Below, one piece after another: positions 13,401 through 31,500 of a DNA stretch of 64,000 bases (its first letter is position 1; each line of letters opens with the position of its first letter). The stretch spans positions 14,890,698 to 14,954,697 of the forward strand of contig OZ037765.1 of NCBI GenBank assembly GCA_964035545.1, in the 5' to 3' direction. The notes under the pieces were generated by a model. That model saw only the letters and a list, made by a program, of their open reading frames with translations, was not told the origin of the DNA and made no database searches. A program made the position numbers and the translations under genes. The stretch is from Bugula neritina. Taxonomy: Eukaryota > Animalia > Bryozoa.

Positions 13401-15216
13401 TACTGCAACATACTGAATTACACTGTAACATATTGAAGTACACTGCAATACATTGAAATTTACTGCACCACACTGAAACATACAGCAACATACTGAAATA
13501 CACTGTGACATACTGAAATACACTGCAACATACTGCAACATACTGCAACATACTGAAATACACTGTAACATATTGAAATACACTGCAACGCATTGAAATA
13601 TACTGCAACACAATGAAACATACGGCAACATACTGAAACATTGTGCGACACATTGAAATATACTGCAACATACTGAAACATGCTGTAGCGTACTGAAATA
13701 CACTGCAACACATTGAAGTATACTGTAATATACAGAAATGTACTGTAACATACTGAAACATACGTCAACATACTGAAATGTACTGCAACATGCTGAACTA
13801 TACTGCAACATACTGAAATATACTGCAACGTATCGAAGTATATTGTAATATACGGACATCTACTGTAACATACTGAAACATACTTAAACATACTGAAATA
13901 TACTTCAACATACTGAAATACACTGTAACATACTGAAACACACTGCAACACATCGGAATAAACTGCAACATACCTAAATATACGGTAATATACTGAAATA
14001 TACTGTTCACATTGAAAAACACTGCAACATACTGAAATTTGCTGTAGCACAGTGAAATTCACTGCAACCCACTGAAATATAGTGTAATATACGGAAATGT
14101 ATTTTAACATATTGAAATATACTGTAACACACTGGAATATACTGTCACATACTGAAATACACTGTAAAATACTGAAACATATTGCAACATAGTGCAACAT
14201 ACTGAAATTCACTGTAGCATATTGAAATACGCTGCAACACATTGAAATATACTGCAACATACCGAAATATATGGTAAACTACTGAAATATACTGTATCAC
14301 ATTGAAAAATACTGCAACATACTGAAATATGCTGTAACACACTGAAATATACTGCAAAATACTGAAATACACTGTAACATACTGAAATATACTGCAACAT
14401 ACTGAAATACACTGTAACATACTGAAATATACTGCAACATACTGCAACATACTGAAATACACTGTAACGTACTGAAATACACAGCAACATACTGCAACAT
14501 ACTGCAACATACTGAAATACGCTGTAACATATTGAATTACACTGCAACACATTGAAATATACTGCAACACACTGAAACATACGGCAACATACTGAAATAT
14601 ACTGCAAAACATTGAAATATACTGCTACATACTGAAACATGCTGTAGCATACTGAAATACACTGCAACACACTGAAGTATACTGTAATATACAGAAATGT
14701 ACTGTAACATACTGAAACATACGTCAACATACTGAAATGTACTCCAACATGCTGAACTATACTGCAACATACTGAAATACACTGTAATGTACTGAATTAA
14801 ACTGCAACACATTGTAATATACTGCAACATACTGAATCATACAGCAACATACTGAAATATACTGCAACACATTTAAATATACTGCAACATATTGAAATAT
14901 GCTGTAGCACCCTGAAATTCACTGCAACTTACTGAAATATAGTGTAATATACGGAATAGTACTGTAACATACTGAAACATACTGTAACACACTGAAATAT
15001 GCTGTCACATACTGAAATATACTGTAAATTACTAGAATTATACTGCAACATACTGCAACATACTGAAATACACTGTAACCTACTGATATACACTGCAATA
15101 TACTACAACATACTGAAATACACTGCAACATACTGCAACATACTGCAACATACTGAAATATTCTGTAACATATTGAAATACACTGCAACATACTGCAACA
15201 TACTGCAACACACTGA

Positions 15217-18200
15217 AACATACGGCAACACACTCACATGTACAGCGACACATTGAAATATACTGCAACATACTGAAATATGCTGTAGCATACTGAAATA
15301 CACTGCAACACACTGAAATATACTGCAACATACTGCAACATACTGAAATACACTGTAACATACTGAAATACACTGCAACATACTGCAACATACTGAAATA
15401 CACTGGAACATATTGAAACACACTACAACACATTGAAATATACTGCAACACACTGAAACATACAGCAACATACTGAAATATACTGCGACACATTGAAATA
15501 TACTGCAACATACTGAAATATGCTGTAGCATACTGTAATATACTGTAACACACTTTAATATACTGCAACATACTGCAACATACTGACATACACTGGAACA
15601 TACTGAAATACACTCCAATATACTACAACATACTGAAATACACTGTAACCTACTGAAATATGCTGTAGCACACCGAAATATACTGCAACATACTGAAATA
15701 TAATGCAAGTTACTACAACATACTGAAATACACTGTGACATACTGAGATACACTGCAACATACTGCAACATACTGCAACATACTGCAACATACTGATATA
15801 CACTGTAACAGACTGAAATGTACTGTAACACACTGAAATATACTGCAACATGCTGAAATACACTGTAACATACTGAAATATACTGCAACATACTGCAACA
15901 TACCGAATTACACTGTAACAAACTGAAATACACTCCAACATACTACAACATACTGAAATACACTGTAACGTATTGAAATACACCGCAACACATTGAAATA
16001 TACTGCAACACACTGAAATATACTGTAACACACTGTAATATACTGCAACATACTGCAACATACTGACATACACTGGAACATACTGAAATACACTCCAACA
16101 TACTACAACATACTGAAATACACTGTAACCTACTGAAATATGCTGTAGCACACTGAAATATACTGCAACATACTGAAATATAATGCAAGTTACTACAACA
16201 TACTGAAATACACTGTGACATACTGAGTTACACTGCAACACCTTGAAATATAGTGCAACACACTGAAAGATACGGCAACATACTGAAATATACTGCGACA
16301 CATTGAAATATACTGCAGCATACTGAAATATGCTGTAGCATACTGAAATATACTGTAACACACTGAAATATACTGCAACATACTGAAATACATTGTAACA
16401 TACTGAAATATACTGCAACATACTGAAATACACTGTAACATACTGAAATATACTGCAACATACTGCAACATACTGAAATACACTGTAACATACTGAAATA
16501 CACTGCAACATACTGCAACATACTGAAATACACTGGAACATATTGAAACACACTACAACACATTGAAATATACTGCAACACACTGAAACATACAGCAACA
16601 TACTGAAATATACTGCGACACATTGAAATATACTGCAACATAGCTAAATATAATGCAAGATACTGCAACATTCTGAAATACACTGTGACATACTGAAATA
16701 CACTGCAACATACTTCAACATACTCCAACATACTGCAACATACTGAAATACACTGTAACATATTGAAGTGCACTGCAACACATTGAAACATACTGCAACA
16801 CACTGAAACATACGGCAACATACTGAAATATACTGCAACACATTGAAATATACTGCAACATAGTCAAATATAATGCAAGATACTGTAACATTCTGAAACA
16901 CACTGTGAGATACTGAAAAACACTGTGACATACTTAAATACACTGCAACATACTGCAACATACTGAAATACACTGCAACACATTGAAATAAACCGCAACA
17001 TACTTAAATATACGGTAACATACTGAAATATACTGTAACTCATTGAAAAACATTGCAACATACTGAAACATACTGAAGTATGCTGTAGCACACTGAAATA
17101 CACCGCAGTTCACTGAAAAATAGTGTAATATGCGGAAATGTACCGTAACATACTGAAATATACTGTAACATACTGAAATACACTGCAACATACTGCAACA
17201 TACTGACATACACTGGAACATACTGAAATACACTGCAACATACTACAACATACTGAAATACACTGTAACCTACTGAAATATGCTGTAGCACGCTGAAATA
17301 TACTGCAACATACTGAAATATAATGCAAGTTACTACAACATACTGAAATACACTGTGACATACTGAAATACACTGCAACATACTGCAACATACTGCAACA
17401 TACTGAAACACACTGTAACATATTGAAATACACTGCAAAACCTTGAAATATACTCCAACACACTGAAGTATACGGCAACATACTGAAATATACTGCGACA
17501 CATTGAAATATACTGCAATATACTGAAATATGCTGTAGCATACTGAAATATACTGTAACACACCGTAATATACTGCAACATACTGCAACATACTGACATA
17601 CACTGGAACATGCTGAAATACACTCCAACATACTACAACATACTGAAATACACTGTAACCTACTGAAATATGCTGTAGCACACTGAAATATACTGCAACA
17701 TACTGAAATATAATGAAAGTTACTACAACATACTGAAATACACTGTGACATACTGATATACACTGCAACATACTGCAACATACTGCAACCTACTGCAATA
17801 TACTGAAATACACTGTAACAGACTGAAATGTACTGTAACACACTGACATATACTGCAACACATTGAAATATACCGCAACATACTGAAATATGCTGTAGCA
17901 CACTGAAATACACTGCAACTCACTATAATATAGTGTAATATACAGAAATGTACTGTAACATACTGAAATATACTGTAACATACTGAAATCTACTGCAACA
18001 TACTGAAGTACACTGCAACATACTGCAACATACGGAAATACACTGTAACATATTGAAATACACGACAACACATTGAAATATACTGCAACAGACTGAAGGA
18101 TACGGCAACATACTGAAATATACTGCGACACATTGAAATATACTGCAACATACTGAAATATGCTGTAGCATACTGAAATATACTGTAACACACTGTAAAA

Positions 18201-20391
18201 TACTGCAACATACTGCAACATACTGCCTTACACTGGAACATACTGAAATACACTGCAACATACTACAACATACTGAAATACACTGTACCCTACTGAAATA
18301 TGCTGTAGCACACTGAAATATACTGCAACATACTGAAATATAATGCAAGTTACTACAACATACTGAAATACACTGTGACATACTGGGATACACTGCAACA
18401 TACTGCAACATACTGCAACATACTGAAATACACTGTAACCTGCTGAAATACACTGTAGCATATTGAAATACGCTGCAACACATTGAAATATACTGCAACA
18501 TACCGAAATATATGGTAAACTACTGAAATATACTGTATCACATTGAAAAATACTGCAACATACTGAAATATGCTGTAACACACTGAAATATACTGCAAAA
18601 TACTGAAATACACTGTAACATACTGAAATATACTGCAACATACTGAAATACACTGTAACATACTGAAATATACTGCAACATACTGCAACATACTGAAATA
18701 CACTGTAACGTACTGAAATACACAGCAACATACTGCAACATACTGCAACATACTGAAATACGCTGTAATATATTGAATTACACTGCAACACATTGAAATA
18801 TACTGCAACACACTGAAACATACGGCAACATACTGAAATATACTGCAACACACTGAAACATACGGCAACATACTGAAATATACTGCAAAACATTGAAATA
18901 TACTGCTACATACTGAAACATGCTGTAGCATACTGAAATACACTGCAACACACTGAAGTAAACTGTAATATACAGAAATGTACTGTAACATACTGAAACA
19001 TACATCAACATACTGAAATGTACTCCAACATGCTGAACTATACTGCAACATACTGAAATACACTGTAATAATATTATACTGAATTAAACTGCAACACATT
19101 GTAATATACTGCAACATACTGAATCATACAGCAACATACTGAAATATGCTGCAACACATTTAAATATACTGCAACATATTGAAATATGCTGTAGTACCCT
19201 GAAATTCACTGCAACTTACTGAAATATAGTGTAATATACGGAATAGTACTGTAACATACTGAAATATACTGTAACACACTGAAATATGCTGTCATATACT
19301 GAAATATACTGTAAATTACTAGAATTATACTGCAACATACTGCAACATACTGAAATACACTGTAACCTACTGATATACACTGCAATATACTACAACATAC
19401 TGAAATACACTGCAACATACTGCAACATACTGCAACATACTGAAATACACTGTAACATATTGAAATACACTGCAACATACTGCAACATACTGCAACATAC
19501 TGCAACATACTGCAACACACTGAAACATACGGCAACACACTCACATGTACAGCGACACATTGAAATATACTGCAACATACTGAAATGTGCTGTAGCATAC
19601 TGAATACACTGCAACACACTGAAATATACTGCAACATACTGCAACATACTGAAATACACTGTAACATACTGAAATACACTGCAACATACTGCAACATACT
19701 GAAATACACTGGAACATATTGAAACACACTACAACACATTGAAATATACTGCAACACACTGAAACATACAGCAACATACTGAAATATACTGCGACACATT
19801 GAAATATACTGCAACATACTGAAATATGCTGTAGCATACTGTAATATACTGTAACACACTTTAATATACTGCAACATACTGCAACATACTGACATACACT
19901 GGAACATACTGAAATACACTCCAATATACTACAACATACTGAAATACACTGTAACCTACTGAAATATGCTGTAGCACACCGAAATATACTGCAACATACT
20001 GAAATATAATGCAAGTTACTACAACATACTGAAATACACTGTGACATACTGAGATACACTGCAACATACTGCAACATACTGCAACATACTGCAACATACT
20101 GATATACACTGTAACAGACTGAAATGTACTGTAACACACTGAAATATACTGCAACATGCTGAAATACACTGTAACATACTGAAATATACTGCAACATACT
20201 GCAACATACCGAATTACACTGTAACAAACTGAAATACACTCCAACATACTACAACATACTGAAATACACTGTAACATATTGAAATACACCGCAACACATT
20301 GAAATATACTGCAACATACCGAAATATATGGTAAACTACTGAAATATACGGTAACACATTGAAACATACCGCAAAATACTAAAATACACTG
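15217..20391 (+). repeat. ~5.2-kb satellite block duplicated at 25557-30731
   Basis: Constant offset of 10340 for rare variants and ORF ends (15555/25895, 17110/27450, 19206/29546, 19541/29881). Confidence 0.9.
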
Positions 20392-23300
20392 TGACATACT
20401 GAGATACACTGCAACATACTGCAACATACTGCAACATACTGCAACATACTGATATACACTGTAACAGACTGAAATGTACTGTAACACACTGAAATATACT
20501 GCAACATGCTGAAATACACTGTAACATACTGAAATATACTGCAACATACTGCAACATACCGAATTACACTGTAACAAACTGAAATACACTCCAACATACT
20601 ACAACATACTGAAATACACTGTAACGTATTGAAATACACCGCAACACATTGAAATATACTGCAACACACTGAAATATACTGCAACATACTGCAACATAAT
20701 GAAATATACTATAACACACTGGAATAAACTGCAAAATACTGAAATATACTGTAACATACTGAAACATACTGCAACATACCGAAATATACTGTAACATTCT
20801 AAAATATACTGCAAGATACTGCAATATACTGAAATACACTGTAACATACTGAAATACACTGCAACATACTGCAACATACTGACATACACTGGAACATACT
20901 GAAATACACTGCAACATACTACAACATACTGAAATACACTGTAACCTACTGAAATATGCTGTAGCACACTGAAATATACTGCAACATACTGAAATATAAT
21001 GCAAGTTACTACAACATACTGAAATACACTGTGACATACTGAAATACACTGCAACATACTGCAACATACTGCAACATACTGAAATACACTGTAACATATT
21101 GAAATACACTGCAAAACCTTGAAATATACTCCAACACACTGAAGTATACGGCAACATACCGAAATATACTGCGACACATTGAAATATACTGCAACATACT
21201 GAAATATGCTGTAGCATACTGAAATATACTGTAACACACTGTAATATACTGCAACATACTGCAACATACTGACATACACTGGAACATACTGAAATACACT
21301 CCAACATACTACAACATACTGAAATACACTGTAACCTACTGAAATATGCTGTAGCACACTGAAATATACTGCAACATACTGAAATACAATGAAAGTTACT
21401 ACAACATACTGAAATACACTGTGACATACTGATATACACTGCAACATACTGCAACATACTGCAACCTACTGCAACATACTGAAATACACTGTAACAGACT
21501 GAAATGTACTGTAACACACTGACATATACTGCAACACATTGAAATATACCGCAACATACTGAAATATGCTGTAGCACACTGAAATACACTGCAACTCACT
21601 ATAATATAGTGTAATATACAGAAATGTACTGTAACATACTGAAATATACTGTAACATACTGAAATCTACTGCAACATACTGAAGTACACTGCAACATACT
21701 GCAACATACGGAAATACACTGTAACATATTGAAATACACGACAACACATTGAAATATACTGCAACAGACTGAAGGATACGGCAACATACTGAAATATACT
21801 GCGACACATTGAAATATACTGCAACATACTGAATTATGCTGTAGCATACTGAAATATACTGTAACACACTGTAAAATACTGCAACATACTGCAACATACT
21901 GACATACACTGGAACATACTGAAATACACTGCAACATACTACAACATACTGAAATACACTGTACCCTACTGAAATATGCTGTAGCACACTGAAATATACT
22001 GCAACATACTGAAATATAATGCAAGTTACTACAACATACTGAAATACACTGTGACATACTCGGATACACTGCAACATACGGCAACATACTGCAACATACT
22101 GAAATACACTGTAACCTGCTGAAATACACTGCAACACACTACAACATACTGAAATACACTGTAACATTATGAATTACACTGCAACACATTGAAAAATACT
22201 GCAACATATCGAAATATATGGTAAACAACTGAAATATACCGTAACACATCGAAAAATACTGCAACATACTGAAATATACTGTAACACACTGAAATATACT
22301 GCAACATACTGAAATACATTGTAACATACTGAAATATACTGCAACATACTGCAACATACTGAAATACATTGTAACATACTGAAATACACTGCAACATACT
22401 GCAACATACTGAAATACACTGTAACATATTGAAGTGCACTGCAACACATTGAAACATACTGCAACACACTGAAACATACGGCAATATACTGAAATATACT
22501 GCAGCACATTGAAATATACTGCAACATAGTCAAATAGAATGCAAGATACTGTAACATTCTGAAACACACTGTGAGATACTGAAAAACACTGTGACATACT
22601 TAAATACACTGCAACATACTGCAACATACTGAAATACACTGCAACACATTGAAATAAACCGCAACATACTTAAATATACGGTAACATACTGAAATATACT
22701 GTAACTCATTGAAAAACATTGCAACATACTGAAACATACCGAAATATGCTGTAGCACACTGAAATACACCGCAGTTCACTGAAAAATAGTGTAATATACG
22801 GAAATGTACCGTAACATACTGAAATATACTGTAACAGACTGAAATGTACTTTAACACACTGAAATATACTGCAACATGCTGAAATACACTGTAACATACT
22901 GAAATATACTGCAACATACTGCAACATACCGAATTACACTGTAACAAACTGAAATACACTCCAACATACTACAACATACTGAAATACACTGTAACATATT
23001 GAAATACACCGCAACACATTGAAATATACTGCAACATACCGAAATATATGGTAAACTACTGAAATATACGGTAACACATTGAAACATACCGCAAAATACT
23101 AAAATACACTGCAACACACTGAAGTATACTGTAATATATATAGAAATGTACTGTAAAATACTTAAACATACGACAACATACCAAAAAATATACTGCAACA
23201 TACTGAATTACACTGCAATATCCTGAAATATACTTCAACATACTGAAACATACCTAAAAACATTGAAATATACTGAAATACAGTGTAGGATATTGAAATA

Positions 23301-25563
23301 CACTGCAACAATTTGGAATATACAGCAACATACCGAAATATATGGTAACCTACTGAAATATGTTGCAAACTACTGAAATATACTGCAACATACTGCAACA
23401 TAATGAAATATACTATAACACACTGGAATAAACTGCAAAATACTGAAATATACTGTAACATACTGAAACATACTGCAACATACCGAAATATACTGTAACG
23501 TACTGAAATATACTGCAAGAAACTGCAATATACTGAAATACACTGTAACATACTGAAATACACTGCAACATACTGCAACATACTGACATACACTGGAACA
23601 TACTGAAATACACTGCAACATACTACAACATACTGAAATACACTGTAACCTACTGAAATATGCTGTAGCACACTGAAATATACTGCAACATACTGAAATA
23701 TAATGCAAGTTACTACAACATACTGAAATACACTGTGACATACTGAAATACACTGCAACATACTGCAACATACTGCAACATACTGAAATACACTGTAACA
23801 TATTGAAACACACTGCAAAACCTTGAAATATACTCCAACACACTGAAGTATACGGCAACATACTGGAATATACTGCGACACATTGAAATACACTGCAACA
23901 TACTGAAATATGCTGTAGCATACTGAAATATACTGTAACACACTGTAATATACTGCAACATACTGCAACATACTGACATACACTGGAACATACTGAAATA
24001 CACTCCAACAGACTACAACATACTGAAATACACTGTAACAGACTGAAATGTACTGTAACACACTGACATATACTGCAACACATTGAAATATACCGCAACA
24101 TACTGAAATATGCTGTAGCACACTGAAATACACTGCAACTCACTATAATATAGTGTAATATACAGACATGTACTGTGACATACTGAAATATACTGTAACA
24201 TACTGAAATCTACTGCAACATACTGAAGTACACTGCAACATACTGCAACATACGGAAATACACTGTAACATATTGAAATACACGACAACACATTGAAATA
24301 TACTGCAACAGACTGAAGGATACGGCAACATACTGAAATATACTGCGACACATTGAAATATACTGCAACATACTGAAATATGCTGTAGCATACTGAAATA
24401 TACTGTAACACACTGTAAAATACTGCAACATACTGCAACATACTGACATACACTGGAACATACTGAAATACACTGCAACATACTACAACATACTGAAAAA
24501 CACTGTACCCTACTGAAATATGCTGTAGCACACTGAAATATACTGCAACATACTGAAATATAATGCAAGTTACTACAACATACTGAAATACACTGTGACA
24601 TACTGAGATACACTGCAACATACTGCAACATACTGCAACATACTGAAATACACTGTAACCTGCTGAAATACACTGCAACATACTACAACATACTGAAATA
24701 CACTGTAACATTATGAATTACACTGCAACACATTGAAAAATACTGCAACATATCGAAATATATGGCAAACAACTGAAATATACTGTAACACATCGAAAAA
24801 TACTGCAACATACTGAAATATACTGTAACACACTGAAAGATACTGCAACATACTGAAATACATTGTAACATACTGAAATATACTGCAACATACTGCAACA
24901 TACTGAAATACACTGTAACATACTGAAATACACTGCAACATACTGCAACATACTGAAATACACTGTAACATATTGAAGTGCACTGCAACACATTGAAACA
25001 TACTGCAACACACTGAAACATACGGCAACATACTGAAATATACTGCAACACATTGAAATATACTGCAACATAGTCAAATATAATGCAAGATACTGTAACA
25101 TTCTGAAACACACTGTGAGATACTGAAAAACACTGTGACATACTTAAATACACTGCAACATACTGCAACATACTGAAATACACTGCAACACATTGAAATA
25201 AACCGCAACATACTTAAATATACGGTAACATACTGAACTATACTGTAACTCATTGAAAAACATTGCAACATACTGAAACATACTGAAATATGCTGTAGCA
25301 CACTGAAATACACCGCAGTTCACTGAAAAATAGTGTAATATACGGAAATGTACCGTAACATACTGAAATATACTGTAACAGACTGAAATGTACTGTAACA
25401 CACTGAAATATACTGCAACATGCTGAAATACACTGTAACATATTGAAATATACTGCAACATACTGCAACATACCGAATTACACTGTAACAAACTGAAATA
25501 CACTCCAACATACTGCAACATACCGAAATACACTGTAACATACTGAAATACACTGCAACATAC
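20382..25563 (+). repeat. ~5.2-kb satellite block duplicated at ~41450-46630
   Basis: Offset of 21068 (20564/41632, 23162/44230), becoming 21067 after a 1-bp deletion near 45500 (24683/45750). Confidence 0.9.
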
Positions 25564-28500
25564 GGCAACACACTCACATGTACAGCGACACATTGAAATA
25601 TACTGCAACATACTGAAATATGCTGTAGCATACTGAAATACACTGCAACACACTGAAATATACTGCAACATACTGCAACATACTGAAATACACTGTAACA
25701 TACTGAAATACACTGCAACATACTGCAACATACTGAAATACACTGGAACATATTGAAACACACTACAACACATTGAAATATACTGCAACACACTGAAACA
25801 TACAGCAACATACTGAAATATACTGCGACACATTGAAATATACTGCAACATACTGAAATATGCTGTAGCATACTGTAATATACTGTAACACACTTTAATA
25901 TACTGCAACATACTGCAACATACTGACATACACTGGAACATACTGAAATACACTCCAATATACTACAACATACTGAAATACACTGTAACCTACTGAAATA
26001 TGCTGTAGCACACCGAAATATACTGCAACATACTGAAATATAATGCAAGTTACTGCAACATACTGAAATACACTGTGACATACTGAGATACACTGCAACA
26101 TACTGCAACATACTGCAACATACTGCAACATACTGATATACACTGTAACAGACTGAAATGTACTGTAACACACTGAAATATACTGCAACATGCTGAAATA
26201 CACTGTAACATACTGAAATATACTGCAACATACTGCAACATACCGAATTACACTGTAACAAACTGAAATACACTCCAACATACTACAACATACTGAAATA
26301 CACTGTAACGTATTGAAATACACCGCAACACATTGAAATATACTGCAACACACTGAAATATACTGTAACACACTGTAATATACTGCAACATACTGCAACA
26401 TACTGACATACACTGGAACATACTGAAATACACTCCAACATACTACAACATACTGAAATACACTGTAACCTACTGAAATATGCTGTAGCACACTGAAATA
26501 TACTGCAACATACTGAAATATAATGCAAGTTACTACAACATACTGAAATACACTGTGACATACTGAGTTACACTGCAACACCTTGAAATATAGTGCAACA
26601 CACTGAAAGATACGGCAACATACTGAAATATACTGCGACACATTGAAATATACTGCAGCATACTGAAATATGCTGTAGCATACTGAAATATACTGTAACA
26701 CACTGAAATATACTGCAACATACTGAAATACATTGTAACATACTGAAATATACTGCAACATACTGAAATACACTGTAACATACTGAAATATACTGCAACA
26801 TACTGCAACATACTGAAATACACTGTAACATACTGAAATACACTGCAACATACTGCAACATACTGAAATACACTGGAACATATTGAAACACACTACAACA
26901 CATTGAAATATACTGCAACACACTGAAACATACAGCAACATACTGAAATATACTGCGACACATTGAAATATACTGCAACATAGCTAAATATAATGCAAGA
27001 TACTGCAACATTCTGAAATACACTGTGACATACTGAAATACACTGCAACATACTTCAACATACTCCAACATACTGCAACATACTGAAATACACTGTAACA
27101 TATTGAAGTGCACTGCAACACATTGAAACATACTGCAACACACTGAAACATACGGCAACATACTGAAATATACTGCAACACATTGAAATATACTGCAACA
27201 TAGTCAAATATAATGCAAGATACTGTAACATTCTGAAACACACTGTGAGATACTGAAAAACACTGTGACATACTTAAATACACTGCAACATACTGCAACA
27301 TACTGAAATACACTGCAACACATTGAAATAAACCGCAACATACTTAAATATACGGTAACATACTGAAATATACTGTAACTCATTGAAAAACATTGCAACA
27401 TACTGAAACATACTGAAGTATGCTGTAGCACACTGAAATACACCGCAGTTCACTGAAAAATAGTGTAATATGCGGAAATGTACCGTAACATACTGAAATA
27501 TACTGTAACATACTGAAATACACTGCAACATACTGCAACATACTGACATACACTGGAACATACTGAAATACACTGCAACATACTACAACATACTGAAATA
27601 CACTGTAACCTACTGAAATATGCTGTAGCACGCTGAAATATACTGCAACATACTGAAATATAATGCAAGTTACTACAACATACTGAAATACACTGTGACA
27701 TACTGAAATACACTGCAACATACTGCAACATACTGCAACATACTGAAACACACTGTAACATATTGAAATACACTGCAAAACCTTGAAATATACTCCAACA
27801 CACTGAAGTATACGGCAACATACTGAAATATACTGCGACACATTGAAATATACTGCAATATACTGAAATATGCTGTAGCATACTGAAATATACTGTAACA
27901 CACCGTAATATACTGCAACATACTGCAACATACTGACATACACTGGAACATACTGAAATACACTCCAACATACTACAACATACTGAAATACACTGTAACC
28001 TACTGAAATATGCTGTAGCACACTGAAATATACTGCAACATACTGAAATATAATGAAAGGTACTACAACATACTGAAATACACTGTGACATACTGATATA
28101 CACTGCAACATACTGCAACATACTGCAACCTACTGCAATATACTGAAATACACTGTAACAGACTGAAATGTACTGTAACACACTGACATATACTGCAACA
28201 CATTGAAATATACCGCAACATACTGAAATATGCTGTAGCACACTGAAATACACTGCAACTCACTATAATATAGTGTAATATACAGAAATGTACTGTAACA
28301 TACTGAAATATACTGTAACATACTGAAATCTACTGCAACATACTGAAGTACACTGCAACATACTGCAACATACGGAAATACACTGTAACATATTGAAATA
28401 CACGACAACACATTGAAATATACTGCAACAGACTGAAGGATACGGCAACATACTGAAATATACTGCGACACATTGAAATATACTGCAACATACTGAAATA

Positions 28501-31500
28501 TGCTGTAGCATACTGAAATATACTGTAACACACTGTAAAATACTGCAACATACTGCAACATACTGCCTTACACTGGAACATACTGAAATACACTGCAACA
28601 TACTACAACATACTGAAATACACTGTACCCTACTGAAATATGCTGTAGCACACTGAAATATACTGCAACATACTGAAATATAATGCAAGTTACTACAACA
28701 TACTGAAATACACTGTGACATACTGGGATACACTGCAACATACTGCAACATACTGCAACATACTGAAATACACTGTAACCTGCTGAAATACACTGTAGCA
28801 TATTGAAATACGCTGCAACACATTGAAATATACTGCAACATACCGAAATATATGGTAAACTACTGAAATATACTGTATCACATTGAAAAATACTGCAACA
28901 TACTGAAATATGCTGTAACACACTGAAATATACTGCAAAATACTGAAATACACTGTAACATACTGAAATATACTGCAACATACTGAAATACACTGTAACA
29001 TACTGAAATATACTGCAACATACTGCAACATACTGAAATACACTGTAACGTACTGAAATACACAGCAACATACTGCAACATACTGCAACATACTGAAATA
29101 CGCTGTAATATATTGAATTACACTGCAACACATTGAAATATACTGCAACACACTGAAACATACGGCAACATACTGAAATATACTGCAACACACTGAAACA
29201 TACGGCAACATACTGAAATATACTGCAAAACATTGAAATATACTGCTACATACTGAAACATGCTGTAGCATACTGAAATACACTGCAACACACTGAAGTA
29301 AACTGTAATATACAGAAATGTACTGTAACATACTGAAACATACGTCAACATACTGAAATGTACTCCAACATGCTGAACTATACTGCAACATACTGAAATA
29401 CACTGTAATAATATTATACTGAATTAAACTGCAACACATTGTAATATACTGCAACATACTGAATCATACAGCAACATACTGAAATATGCTGCAACACATT
29501 TAAATATACTGCAACATATTGAAATATGCTGTAGTACCCTGAAATTCACTGCAACTTACTGAAATATAGTGTAATATACGGAATAGTACTGTAACATACT
29601 GAAATATACTGTAACACACTGAAATATGCTGTCATATACTGAAATATACTGTAAATTACTAGAATTATACTGCAACATACTGCAACATACTGAAATACAC
29701 TGTAACCTACTGATATACACTGCAATATACTACAACATACTGAAATACACTGCAACATACTGCAACATACTGCAACATACTGAAATACACTGTAACATAT
29801 TGAAATACACTGCAACATACTGCAACATACTGCAACATACTGCAACATACTGCAACACACTGAAACATACGGCAACACACTCACATGTACAGCGACACAT
29901 TGAAATATACTGCAACATACTGAAATGTGCTGTAGCATACTGAATACCCTGCAACACACTGAAATATACTGCAACATACTGCAACATACTGAAATACACT
30001 GTAACATACTGAAATACACTGCAACATACTGCAACATACTGAAATACACTGGAACATATTGAAACACACTACAACACATTGAAATATACTGCAACACACT
30101 GAAACATACAGCAACATACTGAAATATACTGCGACACATTGAAATATACTGCAACATACTGAAATATGCTGTAGCATACTGTAATATACTGTAACACACT
30201 TTAATATACTGCAACATACTGCAACATACTGACATACACTGGAACATACTGAAATACACTCCAATATACTACAACATACTGAAATACACTGTAACCTACT
30301 GAAATATGCTGTAGCACACCGAAATATACTGCAACATACTGAAATATAATGCAAGTTACTACAACATACTGAAATACACTGTGACATACTGAGATACACT
30401 GCAACATACTGCAACATACTGCAACATACTGCAACATACTGATATACACTGTAACAGACTGAAATGTACTGTAACACACTGAAATATACTGCAACATGCT
30501 GAAATACACTGTAACATACTGAAATATACTGCAACATACTGCAACATACCGAATTACACTGTAACAAACTGAAATACACTCCAACATACTACAACATACT
30601 GAAATACACTGTAACATATTGAAATACACCGCAACACATTGAAATATACTGCAACATACCGAAATATATGGTAAACTACTGAAATATACGGTAACACATT
30701 GAAACATACCGCAAAATACTAAAATACACTGCAACACACTGAAGTATACTGTAATATATATAGAAATGTACTGTAAAATACTTAAACATACGACAACATA
30801 CCAAAAAATATACTGCAACATACTGAATTACACTGCAATATCCTGAAATATACTTCAACAAACTGAAACATACCTAAAAACATTGAAATATACTGAAATA
30901 CAGTGTAGGATATTGAAATACACTGCAACAATTTGGAATATACAGCAACATACCGAAATATATGGTAACCTACTGAAATATGTTGCAAACTACTGAAATA
31001 TACTGCAACATACTGCAACATAATGAAATATACTATAACACACTGGAATAAACTGCAAAATACTGAAATATACTGTAACATACTGAAACATACTGCAACA
31101 TACTGAAATATACTGTAACATACTGAAATATACTGCAAGAAACTGCAATATACTGAAATACACTGTAACATACTGAAATACACTGCAACATACTGCAACA
31201 TACTGACATACACTGGAACATACTGAAATACACTGCAACATACTACAACATACTGAAATACACTGTAACCTACTGAAATATGCTGTAGCACACTGAAATA
31301 TACTACAACATACTGAAATACACTGTGACATACTGAAATACACTGCAACATACTGCAACATACTGCAACATACTGAAATACACTGTAACATATTGAAATA
31401 CACTGCAAAACCTTGAAATATACTCCAACACACTGAAGTATACGGCAACATACTGAAATATACTGCGACACATTGAAATATACTGCAATATACTGAAATA